The translations under genes were made by a program, and so were the position numbers. From positions 32,001-96,000 of IMG/VR virus record IMGVR_UViG_3300030060_004796: a DNA stretch of 64,000 bases; one strand, 5' to 3'. Below, piece by piece: positions 24,401 through 31,081 of this stretch. The stretch's first letter is position 1. Every line of letters begins with the position of its first letter. Source of the DNA: a virus. The notes beneath the pieces were generated by a model, which had not been told where the DNA came from, made no database searches, and saw nothing but the letters and a program-made list of their open reading frames with translations.

Positions 24401-25030
24401 AGTTTCACACCACAAATGATAAATGTTGATACAGACTTTGGAAAAGCTACGGGATATAGAGCAGTATATAAAGAGTTTGATACATTTGGATCTATGCAGC
24501 AAAATGGAATGGGATTCATGTGGGGTGATAGATCAACATACCAATATTTACAAGATGAAATAAACAAAACAACAAGTGCTGTTGAAGATGGAAATCAACA
24601 ACAAGATGATATGATTAATAAACTTGCTAGTCAAAAACAAAAATCTCCAATAGGCCCTGGAACAAATGTAAATATTAATGCAACAAATGATTCAGTGAAA
24701 ACATCAGATAATAATAATAATCCTGTATCTTTGTCTAAGATTCAAAAACTAAGTGAAAAGGGAGAACCTGATTTTGATGCAATCATAAAGAAGGCTGCAC
24801 CAGCAACAGGTTTAAAGAAAGAAGCAATGAGTGAAAATGCTACTCAACCTGGAGAAAATAAAGTTTTAGAAGATTTTTATAATAACTTAACAAAACTTGA
24901 TAAAGCAATGCTTGCTAAAGCAGCAGATATATCTAACATAGAAGAGTTAATAGAAGATTTTAATGATCCTAATAATCAGTATAATGAAGAGGATTTTATA
25001 GAGAATCTTAAAAAATGTTATAGTAAATAG
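9449..25030 (+). CDS. 5193-aa virion-packaged single-chain two-barrel RNA polymerase, fused to a membrane-interacting N-terminal region and a zincin domain
   Basis: RIPSQ (21869-21883) and GADFDIDKL (DFDID 21986-22000), the catalytic signature of crAss-like/phi14:2 gp66 RNAPs; HEAFH (16778-16792); Gly/Ala-rich hydrophobic helices and EGIQELAQE near the N-terminus. Confidence 0.9.
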   Translation: MADQENFDANVNSTENALDMNSIVNTDDMQVPSFNSDIVDQVLPGTDHVIPEVKPSVDMGNPVYPDIEGPGTGIVNFEEPYPGNFNYDTELFEDVVDQAIEIQGMPNLEMNQPFFDMIDRAAIDIDKYPIMFSNNDMNAAYPGRAGTDFDPFRTSTGIPDLSTQNGIKAFLSSAVDVTKQIKGPDKTPGYRDPFHYSARDYDLDRYYRHPRFSDLGFHPMADNEAYYQANSSKWDNFTRTRSAYMDMFGPAFTSGWRSIGQMFTGETLQSDMIGAMAMDDAMRVGRSTSGGTRGFFNDLFLNSAYTMGIISSIAVEELALFGAAALQGGLNPAADAALIGRTGMNIGRVLQAIKRMFTVGERGAAGTRMLAKMRNLNNVKAFMTAAKAGGKSTGRFFAHVFGPETLYQYKKFKTAAKAGDNFTQMAKAAGYAGGLYRDFRAINLAWAESKMEAGLVEMELQKSLYEEVMALKDGEDPSVKEMEMIVSDARAAALTTSLINMPIIYASNKLVLDGALRGFKPLGRIMDESLSGPFGRILFRKGLKENPFVDMGKKWIIGENMRRMWKAGFKASWKHMGATALRYSTANFAEGIQELAQEATSHGVKSYFTSLYDSPMGIANDVHLAQMTQAHQAGTESMYGNYTHTDRISGMTAAEAISKGAASQWSGQGLHTFMSGFLMGGIVQGPQRLMFDVTPNVLRWGKDKVMKTTDYADYRAKRDKEIGNAVDTLNKVYADPKKYFDITKLNAMTQKELNSAMFKAAGADDITSFMDYKDHGVFSALYTVMATGNLNNFTEQLKDFKNLDDTALKEAFSSVSSTPEKIRARIDKMLTRAEEIKKGYNKMKDEFVNPFNPDRYKKDSRSYHEEQLRQIAFEHAKMMAMFTQTTFEQSLERANDIYNTLSSDPVLGSISESDIRALTSREGLAKEIALLEKEVELGAKTKEEKEILARKKKKLELLKNYSEIFNDSSNQASTNGQMYSELFEMDGKTYKTKSMNIGRYDKRKMGKLKPAFVAYLQFLAETNDDLVINDKIIPTLKKIIDFGYLKGRASDYAQAANVLMNPGNLYEMTDRLAAIMGEAWEQHKNKNNLTLKLKKYHDQTIRRQFLKDLADDMIQPDPDQTVAFLEEGIMPTDFYDGTPGSEGLITKSSDPLKWATIEGLKENYYEATKVDKGETTDATKEERRQAESETSEGTQAEPDFESVTGRSKYQQFLQKDKDTREIIERKYKEYKSTWNSEQGPLMSKNEWAASPQGGKNIIKSRYELDQMYQAEPAEVKDKYPTLEDWIIANKKNPLIAGTNGILTKNNVGISDVSVNLSKETGVQRDKLDGNQKVIATDKATGLSVIEVTNYDDNNNKDVQYYISDKDPQNRVWKTYENLNPKGKQVIRSGYVKKTDAVKAYNYILRNMPSDTVFEFGKDDQGMPIKWTTSDIVLDSADNEYIVRSNPKMVRRNNNLYVVPIGKAKAKKGEDERVYITEDEWRTQGWKKKEESKLDIGTTIQKLSSFEPVKIYPFDGSKVLFGKFKNHPVPEEGAELSFDDVLRSLSEEDRKNITFLVEKNPAYDQYLQDLESGSLQPYQGDPRFDPNPAIRKGQNKYEVTIMLGNRPIGKMMGVGIATLVDPKTGQKIDGHKITTEQTERIFRLNGRDAADVAAMVRRNYAKANLITREIENRIGTKSSTVIKISSLQDIELNVLPGYTGWYVDNDNNPINPRSPGAKKNAKRASTPWADIPQSYNNYDGELIIYDTKRSRDSGRRSSTKVWSIDPSSARGKTISNEITNYIQKKGLLSVGQLGSGRYLQFVKLPNGTIHHFELKLDPLSEESLNDIAVDIKNKQQELIGKAYNEKGKLNKKQAVLTRDKINQELAESFYILSNIVGDDIEIYFKETGEMMFKVEREDSKVTIALEEKFFELITDGKSLIETINNEFKRVEADKAKRDKKFKKTNFNLTMESFSPSIPANLTDPTQLVDSGVSARVIATVSWGQLADINYTNEVKIKEEINGPSTTGGTMTQTTPYGTEQGPEVQLPNTTKENAYEIPKSKFTIPEVTSNEDRLALIEETLTEDHKRTVALMREKNIAPEKIESFIFSKAKETGQGNNLLVDFEMEDILNNPKEYSEALVVNAMRRRIDGSSPISSGSAESRTAENLAEIKQDIQQGEQFNKTFSNENAAGRYRAGEGYVAFQGKYRTGQIGLRRLAYESLIDLGILEGIDNLTETEITDELWAELMEQEFKNLPEGILMPIRRKIANSTPLTPRERLIIDALESQGKNILDGITSEEAATQKNEDNLQAESGNQNILDQISKKRNEIAQAKDKVERELTAQIQKANPEMSKPEVEIQVNEMMEQDDEIKKLNTELAKLQSKLGYKILPEFDGNDVENIDNFIDWVKNNLPEAIMVGDIDDLGRRLKANGVTIGAFVMELSKVSGGIKDLVGKVYVGKQSPFRYHEAFHGVFRMLLTDAEIKKYLGVAKNDVRKKMQSSKGYEILPGVFVKNMNQARITLRGLAKSYALMDNATLDERIYEEYLADEFEKFKTNPRSSKVGSEVKSWFTRLLEWIKNIFLGYNSSELNDLFTSIDSGKYREAGIQENVFTREAMQEIAEGGVVTSTALKAIRKGDPIESVRPTVRNGVVIPDGRTIYINNYFTAKETNGIVAEIGAMYLNRLDTLADDPNFTGEYNPSAILDQTIDEYIERYNFARATETSDGTKNYYYAGKINRQTREKLNERYKSLKQYKSDVKDSVTEYLELFDEDVTSELEVLEKIDMDSGGQVKTTEQYEKDANEIGGWKSLSKGVRKFLATTTKEVKDEFTGEIVSVPVDYITAYNALMKSLSGMTNIHSMLVKLKLFSESSEDARAVIDAIFTKANLSNITLEDFINGNYKLDQVTNEVFFQGIIKAFSQFRTDYYYLETDVEKGLVNIFKANHRDDAHTQTDKWQGNYTSKLENLNTNPNALSAAQDPWGSIVFNSNKESIKEEELNTTSKRIQRQIENSIGFNLSWMTVKYMILSNGIQNKTDAQAKFLNTFKSEIEFNLDDVSQIQTAISNHGLTKDNRQTGNLFYDMNEVSVEEEENEVNAEGTDVKSRIKKLAKLNAIFDDTVGATVFRNPEGKLIYAHQMPTYDLEKIAELNSEDAIDELMNSNRFLNSNYLLNDPRFRKLAADGKLRISRVAGQKIVDLNTDSEGNFKASNGIDLSRRAVTFGDSTPKDFLSQMINLYIADYNNLNGKVPENTYKAEDDFGTMIDKPFTTSLVNVTVIAESNTADFVPIPIITAVQLKNGKSTITDEYVDDVMTEVENEYNRIQREVQQTEGYTEDNLKGYNEFTSVEDINDEDAKTDRAAKFGTTAELLKSKKRTSETIREVGDGIEFALGPAEVKSAKSGTSIILREVGHNNKKLGLNQDESVRTPIYTLKSKKETEETYSVTYKGVVSVESYSVDTIKEMLNEDWSEAKDGTHTHKVKLGDESIWVRSARQRDWINGKKDLEVFEVIPSSKVETEITELGEEIITTEDNVLKELQRIARTEVDDKGNPLSFDEALKMTKEKTGIDPRALVIQRLNQEFEEFMEVIGPGQTGAINQIDKRLTSKLTTAEGKTNKNTERSMVLLNLENNNTDNHNLKQIFFNDYLNRISIKQILMGDRALGLKDVVDEIKRMKALNAAGPSAESVIYAPEKGVMHPTKHISLITMTDVETPSKYNTKGKEGKVTETDAQMWGTTKGFRHTMFGFGMLNSAQAKILDKIEAGEDISIDEFYGAGVSKNGYKQLGAILNSQKLVYFDGEVFLKMSNIVLTKALTSDPQTNFQTALPGREDMHNLRLKLEKIEQEGDQTIAFAVPESASKMVKRNVIDYTRAFDANLELSPENISSLDARWMRLQQVNPSNKEIIIDPTQIKQIITSEQDDSVQVMFAGEMIPIGKIREIYNDAVSNRVEIKYLDRRNLIFDFQIGQDELQASIKKGQVTPDLSAFLEYAKNSLAASGARAQFMELFEVDKAGQPKYDLNNPITINKFQELFMSFFTKGVMSEKVSGESVALVSGQGMKVIKKVKQLDPVTGQPIEWEVIRMQDYANLKNRPEIKYLNYTDVANKTFADMRVGDLYVDELKANVKEYDENGKETGLVYSEMMLPAHHSSLKNIKSGQKIPDVVSKAFATRIPSQDKHSAINLRLVDFMPVFYGSSGVFPPDLIEISGADFDIDKLYVQFKEFYRQDGEFVEYGKTKDTDKQYEEYLRYKQAESKQKGTSMHMAVQKWNNRGRIIDIDLDADVSLPSEEIIGGLRLLDLPVTREEFAEYLKKNNNRLPYSGAHSNKALDAKYALLGNEGMTEGRNGRDVGIAYEPAVLDPLEDVWSFIQKELPELAEQVQEEGVIVDNMLGMYRAWKNNKEGANSIGAIVLPNIVLNLLKEYKVDLRSKTSNGKRILGGNLELNGIQYKSFKGDYAINPETKKPDVNGLRKQFVISALVTAATDNAKERLLAKLGLNKDALATVGTLLSVGVDINTAILLINQPDIKRMYALVANKEKPTDPGMDSMVKRELEAILAEDALAEKNSKKVNVDSELLIRHIKGGEVATYERFAILKQFQEARTLKENVGHLQALVTKVAGLGRGMKEMYDSFESFEKLGSELNNVQFGKEEIPFDSRELFKGKTFQATYYKIFQNIQQLTPTVFLTETDEFRKITSAIIANMKDQSPERVQKVKRDVLSYMIGKGYTTYLGKVGKATLAASLQNGMIYDEFADGLTIVDVINEIKTLLKGKSNYFIDQFVYAKDTRNPNNKSGINQAVSNTWGRIGADQMTVIQNSLRELYADENIRHNVYHLLHYELVKNGLQYSEGTLLSAFPAAMLDELLLVSETIKDTFNNEIVTNEMYNKLFGMSFDELISEVTEGYLQSRSNVYYTPEIKKTKSEALTYNKEEGILDVSRYSRRKPRSKKKGKHKRKGTGKVFDGVLRRAGFEQQENEFEFPLVITMNVGTKRKPDYRTFKLEEVYSTNKIEKTELSDPSFTPQMINVDTDFGKATGYRAVYKEFDTFGSMQQNGMGFMWGDRSTYQYLQDEINKTTSAVEDGNQQQDDMINKLASQKQKSPIGPGTNVNINATNDSVKTSDNNNNPVSLSKIQKLSEKGEPDFDAIIKKAAPATGLKKEAMSENATQPGENKVLEDFYNNLTKLDKAMLAKAADISNIEELIEDFNDPNNQYNEEDFIENLKKCYSK

Positions 25031-25036
25031 GAAAAT

Positions 25037-28000
25037 ATGGCAACAAAATGTTATAATAGAAATAGTGCAGAGTATCAAAGTCTACAAGGAAAACTTGGTA
25101 AAAATATTTTTGTAGATAGTGTTATTGACAAGTGGCAAAAAAGTAATAACTCTGATATGATACCTACTGTGGAACAGGTTGATAAATTTTTAAATCAACA
25201 AAAAACTATGCTTAATCTTAAGAAGAGAGAGTATAGTGAAGCTGTTCTTGCAAACTTATCAAACAAAGGACTTATAAGTAAGTGGAATGGTGAGTACTAT
25301 ATAAATGTAACTGAGCCAGGTCAAATAGAAAGAATAGATAGAAAGGTTGCTGAATTAAATAGAATAAAAGCACTTAGATTATTAAAACTATGGGGTGTTA
25401 ATCCAGAAGCAATAACTATGGAGAGAACAGATAAAACCTATAGAGTTGATATAAATCCAAACATATTTACAAAGGGAGATCTGATAGCTCAAGATAATAT
25501 TAAAAATCATACACATGTTTTAGATATTCTTGAACACATGAGTGATTTATTTCCTCAACTAAATATTCAAGTAGCAACAGTAAAAGAAGCAAGAGAATAT
25601 TACGACAACTTAAGTGAAGAACAAAAAAGAAAAGTATCATTTGATCAGATTACAAGTTACTATGTAAAGGGTACAGTAATGATTATTAAAGGTAGAGTAA
25701 CACCAGAAACTGCTATTGAAGAAGTGTTACACCCTTTTGTTGATGCTGTATATCTAGAAAAGAGAAGTTTATTTGATGGACTCCTAAAGGAAGCAAGAGA
25801 AATGTTTCCTCAATTAAGAATGGAGGTAGATGCAGAGTATAATCAAAGAAGAGGTTTTTCTCAACGTGATAGAGATCTTGAATTAGTTACTCAAGCATTA
25901 TCTAGACATTTCAAAAGAGAATATGAAAATGAACCAACATCAAGTTGGAGAAGTAAAATAGCTCAACTATTAAAATTCTTATTAGATGTTATACAGGATC
26001 TAAGTGCTTTTGTATCTGGGAAAAGATTAGGTATATCAGCATCTATGCTTAACTCTAATAATACATTAACTAGTATTGCCAAACTTCTTAATACTCAAGA
26101 TCTACAATTTAAGTTTACAACAGATTCAGTTTTAGATACAAAAGTTAGATACTCTTTAACTCCAAAGTTAGAAGCAGCATTAAATAAATATAAAGATTTT
26201 GCAACAGAGCCAATTCAAAAACAGATAATAGATAACCTATTTCATAAAGCTCTTAGTAATAAAGAAATATTTCCTGATTTTACTGCAGGAAGTCCATTGA
26301 CTGGAACTGAAACTCCTTTAGTAGTACTTGATAAAGATACTCATGTCTATAAAAATGTAGAAACTCTTGAGGTATATGATTCAACAACAACAAAAATAAA
26401 AGGTAAGTTAGATGATGATGCTGGTTTATATAAAATCAATAGAGATATAGGTAATGACTTTGATATGATAATGGAGTTTTTAGCACTGCAAGAAGCTAAT
26501 GAAGCTGAGGCACTTGAAATTCTATTACCTAAAATGAAAGTTCTTGATAGAGATGCAACAATAAGGGCTATTTCTAAAATGGAAGATAAGCTTGCAGAAT
26601 ATAGAGAAGCAGGTGCTGTTATAATTCCACAGGTAGTAGTAGCAGATGCAGCGTCTAAAACTGCTGGTACTATAGATCTAATGGCTATTCATAAAGATGG
26701 TACAATACAAATAATAGATTTAAAGGTTAGTAAGAATTCTATTAATACAGATATGTATGATAGACTATTTCCTGTAAATGAAGGCAGTATTTGGTATGAT
26801 CCTTCACTAAAGAAAAATGAGCAATTTGGATTAACTACAAGAATGCAGCAAGGTTTGCAGGTTAATACTTATAGAAGAATGCTTATTAATATGGGATATA
26901 CAGTAGATCCTATTAGTAAAACTTTACATTTTAATGTTGATGTAACAGGTAAAGGAAAGAAACAAGAGTTTAAGGGTACCTTTAAATTTGATGGTGAGGT
27001 TAATCATCCATCAAGTCAAGCATTAACACAGGTTGATGAACTTGTTCCTTTAAATCCAGATATAAAACATAAGGAAACTATGGAAGAGGATCCTTATATT
27101 ACTGAAGATGAGGCACTTCCACAAGATGATGTAATAGAAGAAAGGATTTATGCAGCTCAAGTAGAAACTGTTAAGCAGTACAAAGACAAGCTTGTAACAA
27201 GAAGAGAGGTAATTGAACAACTATTAGATAGAGAAAAACAAACAATCTTCACTAAAAATTTACTAAACAATATAGATAGGGCTATCACTGACATTAATGT
27301 TGCTATAACAGAAGGAAGAGCTGATATTGTTTATGAAGAATTATTACAACAAAATATAGAAGAGCTAAAACAATTTATAGAATATGTAGAAACTGGTGAT
27401 AAAACTAGTTCTGAATATATTGATATGGTTTTAAAAATGGAAGATATAGCAACTACATATGCAGGATTAGATGTAGTAAGTCTTCCAGAAGGTATATCTT
27501 TAGGTAATAAAAAAGAGGCACTTAGAAATACTCTAAAAGAACTTGTTGATAAAATTAGAGGTGATGGAGCTTATACTAATAAAGGACTTGTTGATGAAGG
27601 AATTTACCAACACGTAAGAGAAATATATAAAGCAAATACAAATAGAACAGATCTTACAGATGCAGAAATAGATAAGATAATGTCTGAGATGGAAGATATG
27701 AGTTCTATAAATTATGGTACAAGTGATTTAGCTACAAGTAGAGATCCTTTATCACAGATAATGGATAAGCTATATAAAAGACAAGTTCAAAAAACAATTG
27801 ATAAAGTTGAGGAAAGAAATAGAGAACTAAGAAGGTTAGGTACAAAGCTGGAAAAGTTATCATCAGGTAAAGTTGATTTTAGTTATATGTTAAACTTTGA
27901 TAAGGAGGGTAATTTTAAAGGAACTTATGTAGAACAAATAGGACCACAATATGATGCCTTATTCAATGAAGTTAGAGCAGAGTTAACTGATGACAGAGGA

Positions 28001-30589
28001 GAATGGAAAGATTATATTGTTAAGGCTAATTTAGAAGATTACACAAAAGAAGAACTTGAATGGAATAAAAAAATAAAAGCTGCAAGAAGAAAGTATGCTC
28101 AATTAATGGAAGCAGAATCTGTTGTAGATGAAAGAAGAGTGGATGGTAAATACCATAAATATAATGCTGAATTTAGAGCTGCTAGAGAAGAGGTTTTAGA
28201 ATTTCGTTATAATGCAGATAGTACATGGGGATGGTGGCAAGCTAAAAGAGGTGTTTCATCAGTAAAAGTTAATGAGTTTTACCGTAAATACTATGAAGAA
28301 AGTGTAGTTACTAAGGTTAATGAAGACGGCTCTGTTTCACAAGTGACTTCAAAAAGGTTTCCAAAAAGAGATTATGTAGAAAAAAGAACTACATCAAGAG
28401 GTGGAAAACTTAATGATATGGTCAACCCTAAGTATGAAAAAATTATGAATCCTGATCCTACTAATTCATTGGCATTAGCACAAAAGGAGTTTTTTATATT
28501 TTTCCAAAAAGAATTTTTAAGTTTATTAGATAAACTTCCTAGTAGTGTTAGAGATCAAATGATAGGTAGAATACCTGTTGTTAGAGATAATGCTCTCACT
28601 CAAATGAAAAGAGAAGGAGGTTTAATTGCAGGATTAGCTTCTAGAGCTTCTAGAGGTTGGAAAAATTTATGGAGAACAACATCAAGACAAGAAAAAGTAA
28701 TAGTTGATGCACAAGGACAATTCATAGATACACTACCTATATTCTATGTTGGTCAACCACAAAATGAAAAATTATTAGAATCTATTGATGATGAATTACA
28801 ATTATTAGAATCACAATACAAAGAAAAGAAAATAAAAATTGATGAGTATAAAGAAAAGAAAAATGGATTAATAACAAGAAGAAATGATCTTCAGTCTAAA
28901 CCTACATTGAATCAAATGAGTTTAGATATGGTAGATAATCTATTAAGATTTTCTGCAATGGCTGAGAACTATGAAGTAATGAATGAAATCAAAGGTACTC
29001 TTTTAGCATTTCAAAAAGTTATTGAAAATAGAAATTATTCTCCTTCTGGAACAAAACGTCTTTTCTCAAAGATTAGAGGTAGAGATACTACAGTAGGTAT
29101 GGGTCAAGAATCTAATATAACTGCTAGAGCAAGAAAGTGGATGCATATGGTGTATTATAATAATGATAGGCAAACAGAAGGTGCTCTAGATAAAATTTCT
29201 AAAAACTTAATTCAATTGTCATCATTAACATATGTAGGTTTAAACTGGTGGGGTAACATTAATAACTACGCAATGGGTAGAATGAATAATGCTATTGAAA
29301 CTATTGGTGGTAGATACTTTGAACCAGAAGCAATGTTAAGAGCTACAAAAGTATTTCAAGGAGCTGCAATGCAAGATGTTGTTAAAAAAATGGGTAGCAG
29401 TTCTACTTGGGCTGGTATAACTGGAGGTAAAGGTGCTTATGAAGATTATATACCTGAAAGTAAATATAACGGATTGGTTGGATATTTTAGAATGATGGAT
29501 GATATGGCAGATCTACGTGAGCAAGGTAGAGCTAAAGGTAAGGGTGGAGTTGTTAGAGAAGCAATGTCATGGGCATATTTATTCCAAGATGGAGCAGAGT
29601 ATAATGTTCAAACTAAAGTTGGTATGGCAATTCTTATGTCAACTAAAATGCAAAAACTAGATGATGCAGGAAAAGTATTAGATGAGATGTCTTTATATGA
29701 TGCCCTTCAATACAATAATAAGACTGGTGATGTAGCTTTAAAAGACGGTTATGATACTATGGTAAAGAAGAATGGTACTAAGGTTAAGTTTGATGATAAT
29801 GCTAGATATGATCTTAGAAATAATATCCGTGAAGTAAACAAACAAATTCATGGTAACTATGCTCATGCTGATAGAATGATTATTCAACAACACTTCCTTG
29901 GTCAGTTAGCAGCTCAGTTTAAAAAATGGGTAGCTCCAGCTATTAAAGCTAGATATAGAAGAGAATACTATGATGAGAATCTAGGTTGGATGGAAGGACG
30001 TTATAGAAGTGCTTGGTCATTTGTAGGATTTCTTTTTAAGGAAAAAGCTAGCATAAATAAGACTGTTAAAAGAATGAAATATGAGTTTGGTGATGAAAGA
30101 GCTTTAAATAAGATTCAAGGTATGAAGAGAACTCTAGCAGATTTTACATTTATGATGGCATCTTTTGCAATGGCTATGATCATGGATGCATTATTTGATG
30201 ATGATGATGAAGATAAAAATGTACACAGAAAAAGATTTGAGAATGCGTTAGTCTATCAATTTAATAGACAAGCAAGAGAGCTTATGTTCTTTACTCCATT
30301 TGGACTTAAAGAACAATTCTATATGACAGATTCTCCTATTGCTGTAACAAGAATGATGGGAGATATGGGTGACGCTGTAATTGCTACATTCAAAGTACCT
30401 CTTGCATATAGTTATCAGCTAGCAAGTCCGGACTATGATATAACAAAAGATAAAGCTATATATTATCAAAGAGGTCCTAGAAAAGGAACAATGAAAGTTT
30501 CCAAAGAATGGAGTGATGTTATACCATTACTTTATACGATCAATAGATATAGAGCCTATGACACTGTTAAAGATTTCTGGGTTAAGTAA
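25037..30589 (+). CDS. 1850-aa putative ejected polyvalent protein: zincin-like domain, PD-(D/E)xK nuclease, helical C-terminus with hydrophobic segment
   Basis: EEVLH (25718-25732) plus downstream ELVTQAL; AGTIDL...IIDLK...LQVNTY nuclease motif; FTFMMASFAMAMIMDALF hydrophobic stretch. Confidence 0.7.
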   Translation: MATKCYNRNSAEYQSLQGKLGKNIFVDSVIDKWQKSNNSDMIPTVEQVDKFLNQQKTMLNLKKREYSEAVLANLSNKGLISKWNGEYYINVTEPGQIERIDRKVAELNRIKALRLLKLWGVNPEAITMERTDKTYRVDINPNIFTKGDLIAQDNIKNHTHVLDILEHMSDLFPQLNIQVATVKEAREYYDNLSEEQKRKVSFDQITSYYVKGTVMIIKGRVTPETAIEEVLHPFVDAVYLEKRSLFDGLLKEAREMFPQLRMEVDAEYNQRRGFSQRDRDLELVTQALSRHFKREYENEPTSSWRSKIAQLLKFLLDVIQDLSAFVSGKRLGISASMLNSNNTLTSIAKLLNTQDLQFKFTTDSVLDTKVRYSLTPKLEAALNKYKDFATEPIQKQIIDNLFHKALSNKEIFPDFTAGSPLTGTETPLVVLDKDTHVYKNVETLEVYDSTTTKIKGKLDDDAGLYKINRDIGNDFDMIMEFLALQEANEAEALEILLPKMKVLDRDATIRAISKMEDKLAEYREAGAVIIPQVVVADAASKTAGTIDLMAIHKDGTIQIIDLKVSKNSINTDMYDRLFPVNEGSIWYDPSLKKNEQFGLTTRMQQGLQVNTYRRMLINMGYTVDPISKTLHFNVDVTGKGKKQEFKGTFKFDGEVNHPSSQALTQVDELVPLNPDIKHKETMEEDPYITEDEALPQDDVIEERIYAAQVETVKQYKDKLVTRREVIEQLLDREKQTIFTKNLLNNIDRAITDINVAITEGRADIVYEELLQQNIEELKQFIEYVETGDKTSSEYIDMVLKMEDIATTYAGLDVVSLPEGISLGNKKEALRNTLKELVDKIRGDGAYTNKGLVDEGIYQHVREIYKANTNRTDLTDAEIDKIMSEMEDMSSINYGTSDLATSRDPLSQIMDKLYKRQVQKTIDKVEERNRELRRLGTKLEKLSSGKVDFSYMLNFDKEGNFKGTYVEQIGPQYDALFNEVRAELTDDRGEWKDYIVKANLEDYTKEELEWNKKIKAARRKYAQLMEAESVVDERRVDGKYHKYNAEFRAAREEVLEFRYNADSTWGWWQAKRGVSSVKVNEFYRKYYEESVVTKVNEDGSVSQVTSKRFPKRDYVEKRTTSRGGKLNDMVNPKYEKIMNPDPTNSLALAQKEFFIFFQKEFLSLLDKLPSSVRDQMIGRIPVVRDNALTQMKREGGLIAGLASRASRGWKNLWRTTSRQEKVIVDAQGQFIDTLPIFYVGQPQNEKLLESIDDELQLLESQYKEKKIKIDEYKEKKNGLITRRNDLQSKPTLNQMSLDMVDNLLRFSAMAENYEVMNEIKGTLLAFQKVIENRNYSPSGTKRLFSKIRGRDTTVGMGQESNITARARKWMHMVYYNNDRQTEGALDKISKNLIQLSSLTYVGLNWWGNINNYAMGRMNNAIETIGGRYFEPEAMLRATKVFQGAAMQDVVKKMGSSSTWAGITGGKGAYEDYIPESKYNGLVGYFRMMDDMADLREQGRAKGKGGVVREAMSWAYLFQDGAEYNVQTKVGMAILMSTKMQKLDDAGKVLDEMSLYDALQYNNKTGDVALKDGYDTMVKKNGTKVKFDDNARYDLRNNIREVNKQIHGNYAHADRMIIQQHFLGQLAAQFKKWVAPAIKARYRREYYDENLGWMEGRYRSAWSFVGFLFKEKASINKTVKRMKYEFGDERALNKIQGMKRTLADFTFMMASFAMAMIMDALFDDDDEDKNVHRKRFENALVYQFNRQARELMFFTPFGLKEQFYMTDSPIAVTRMMGDMGDAVIATFKVPLAYSYQLASPDYDITKDKAIYYQRGPRKGTMKVSKEWSDVIPLLYTINRYRAYDTVKDFWVK

Positions 30590-30590
30590 A

Positions 30591-30758
30591 ATGGAAAAAG
30601 ATAAAAAGTGGTATATTGATCAATATAATAGGAATAGACCCTATAAAAACCAAGTGACAAGTTGGAAAGAATTAAGAATTAAACAAAAACTTGAACTAAA
30701 TGGAAATAAAGAAGCCTTACAAACCACTACCAGATTACCTAGCAATAGGTCCATCTGA
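30591..30758 (+). CDS. 55-aa hypothetical protein (start moved to the ATG right after the upstream stop)
   Basis: ATG 1 nt after TAA at 30589; within ORF-track ORF 30513..30758. Confidence 0.4.
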   Translation: MEKDKKWYIDQYNRNRPYKNQVTSWKELRIKQKLELNGNKEALQTTTRLPSNRSI

Positions 30759-31020
30759 TATACACGGAGCAGGTATTATTGCCAAAGAAGATATACCTGC
30801 CGGAATAGATATGGGTATAACTCATGTGTATGATCCAGAATTTCAACATGACTATATTAGAACTCCATTAGGAGGATTTATTAATCATTCAGAAACTCCT
30901 AATTGTGAATTAGTGGAAGATGACAGTGATGTTAGTTATAAAAGAATAAAGACTCTACATAAAATAGAAGCTGGAAAAGAGCTAACCTTAAAGTATAGTT
31001 TATATAAACTTAATGATTAG
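30700..31020 (+). CDS. Stand-alone SET-domain protein (putative lysine methyltransferase)
   Basis: S.IHGAGIIAKEDIPAG, GFINHS..PNC and IEAGKELTLKY SET motifs. Confidence 0.88.
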   Translation: MEIKKPYKPLPDYLAIGPSDIHGAGIIAKEDIPAGIDMGITHVYDPEFQHDYIRTPLGGFINHSETPNCELVEDDSDVSYKRIKTLHKIEAGKELTLKYSLYKLND

Positions 31021-31032
31021 TTAACATAAACA

Positions 31033-31081
31033 GGGGTTACATTACGTATCTTATTTATATGAAACGTATAGATGTAACCCC
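31033..31081. terminator. Hairpin between convergent SET and RNR genes (probable terminator)
   Basis: GGGGTTACAT/ATGTAACCCC 10-bp stem plus TACGT/ACGTA 5-bp stem, 16-nt loop; TGTTT follows on the - strand. Confidence 0.7.

Noticed and set aside
30700-31020. SET domain as evidence for a eukaryotic or giant virus
   Set aside because: Holin, Bacteroidota promoters, T9SS signal and crAss-type RNAP all indicate a bacteriophage
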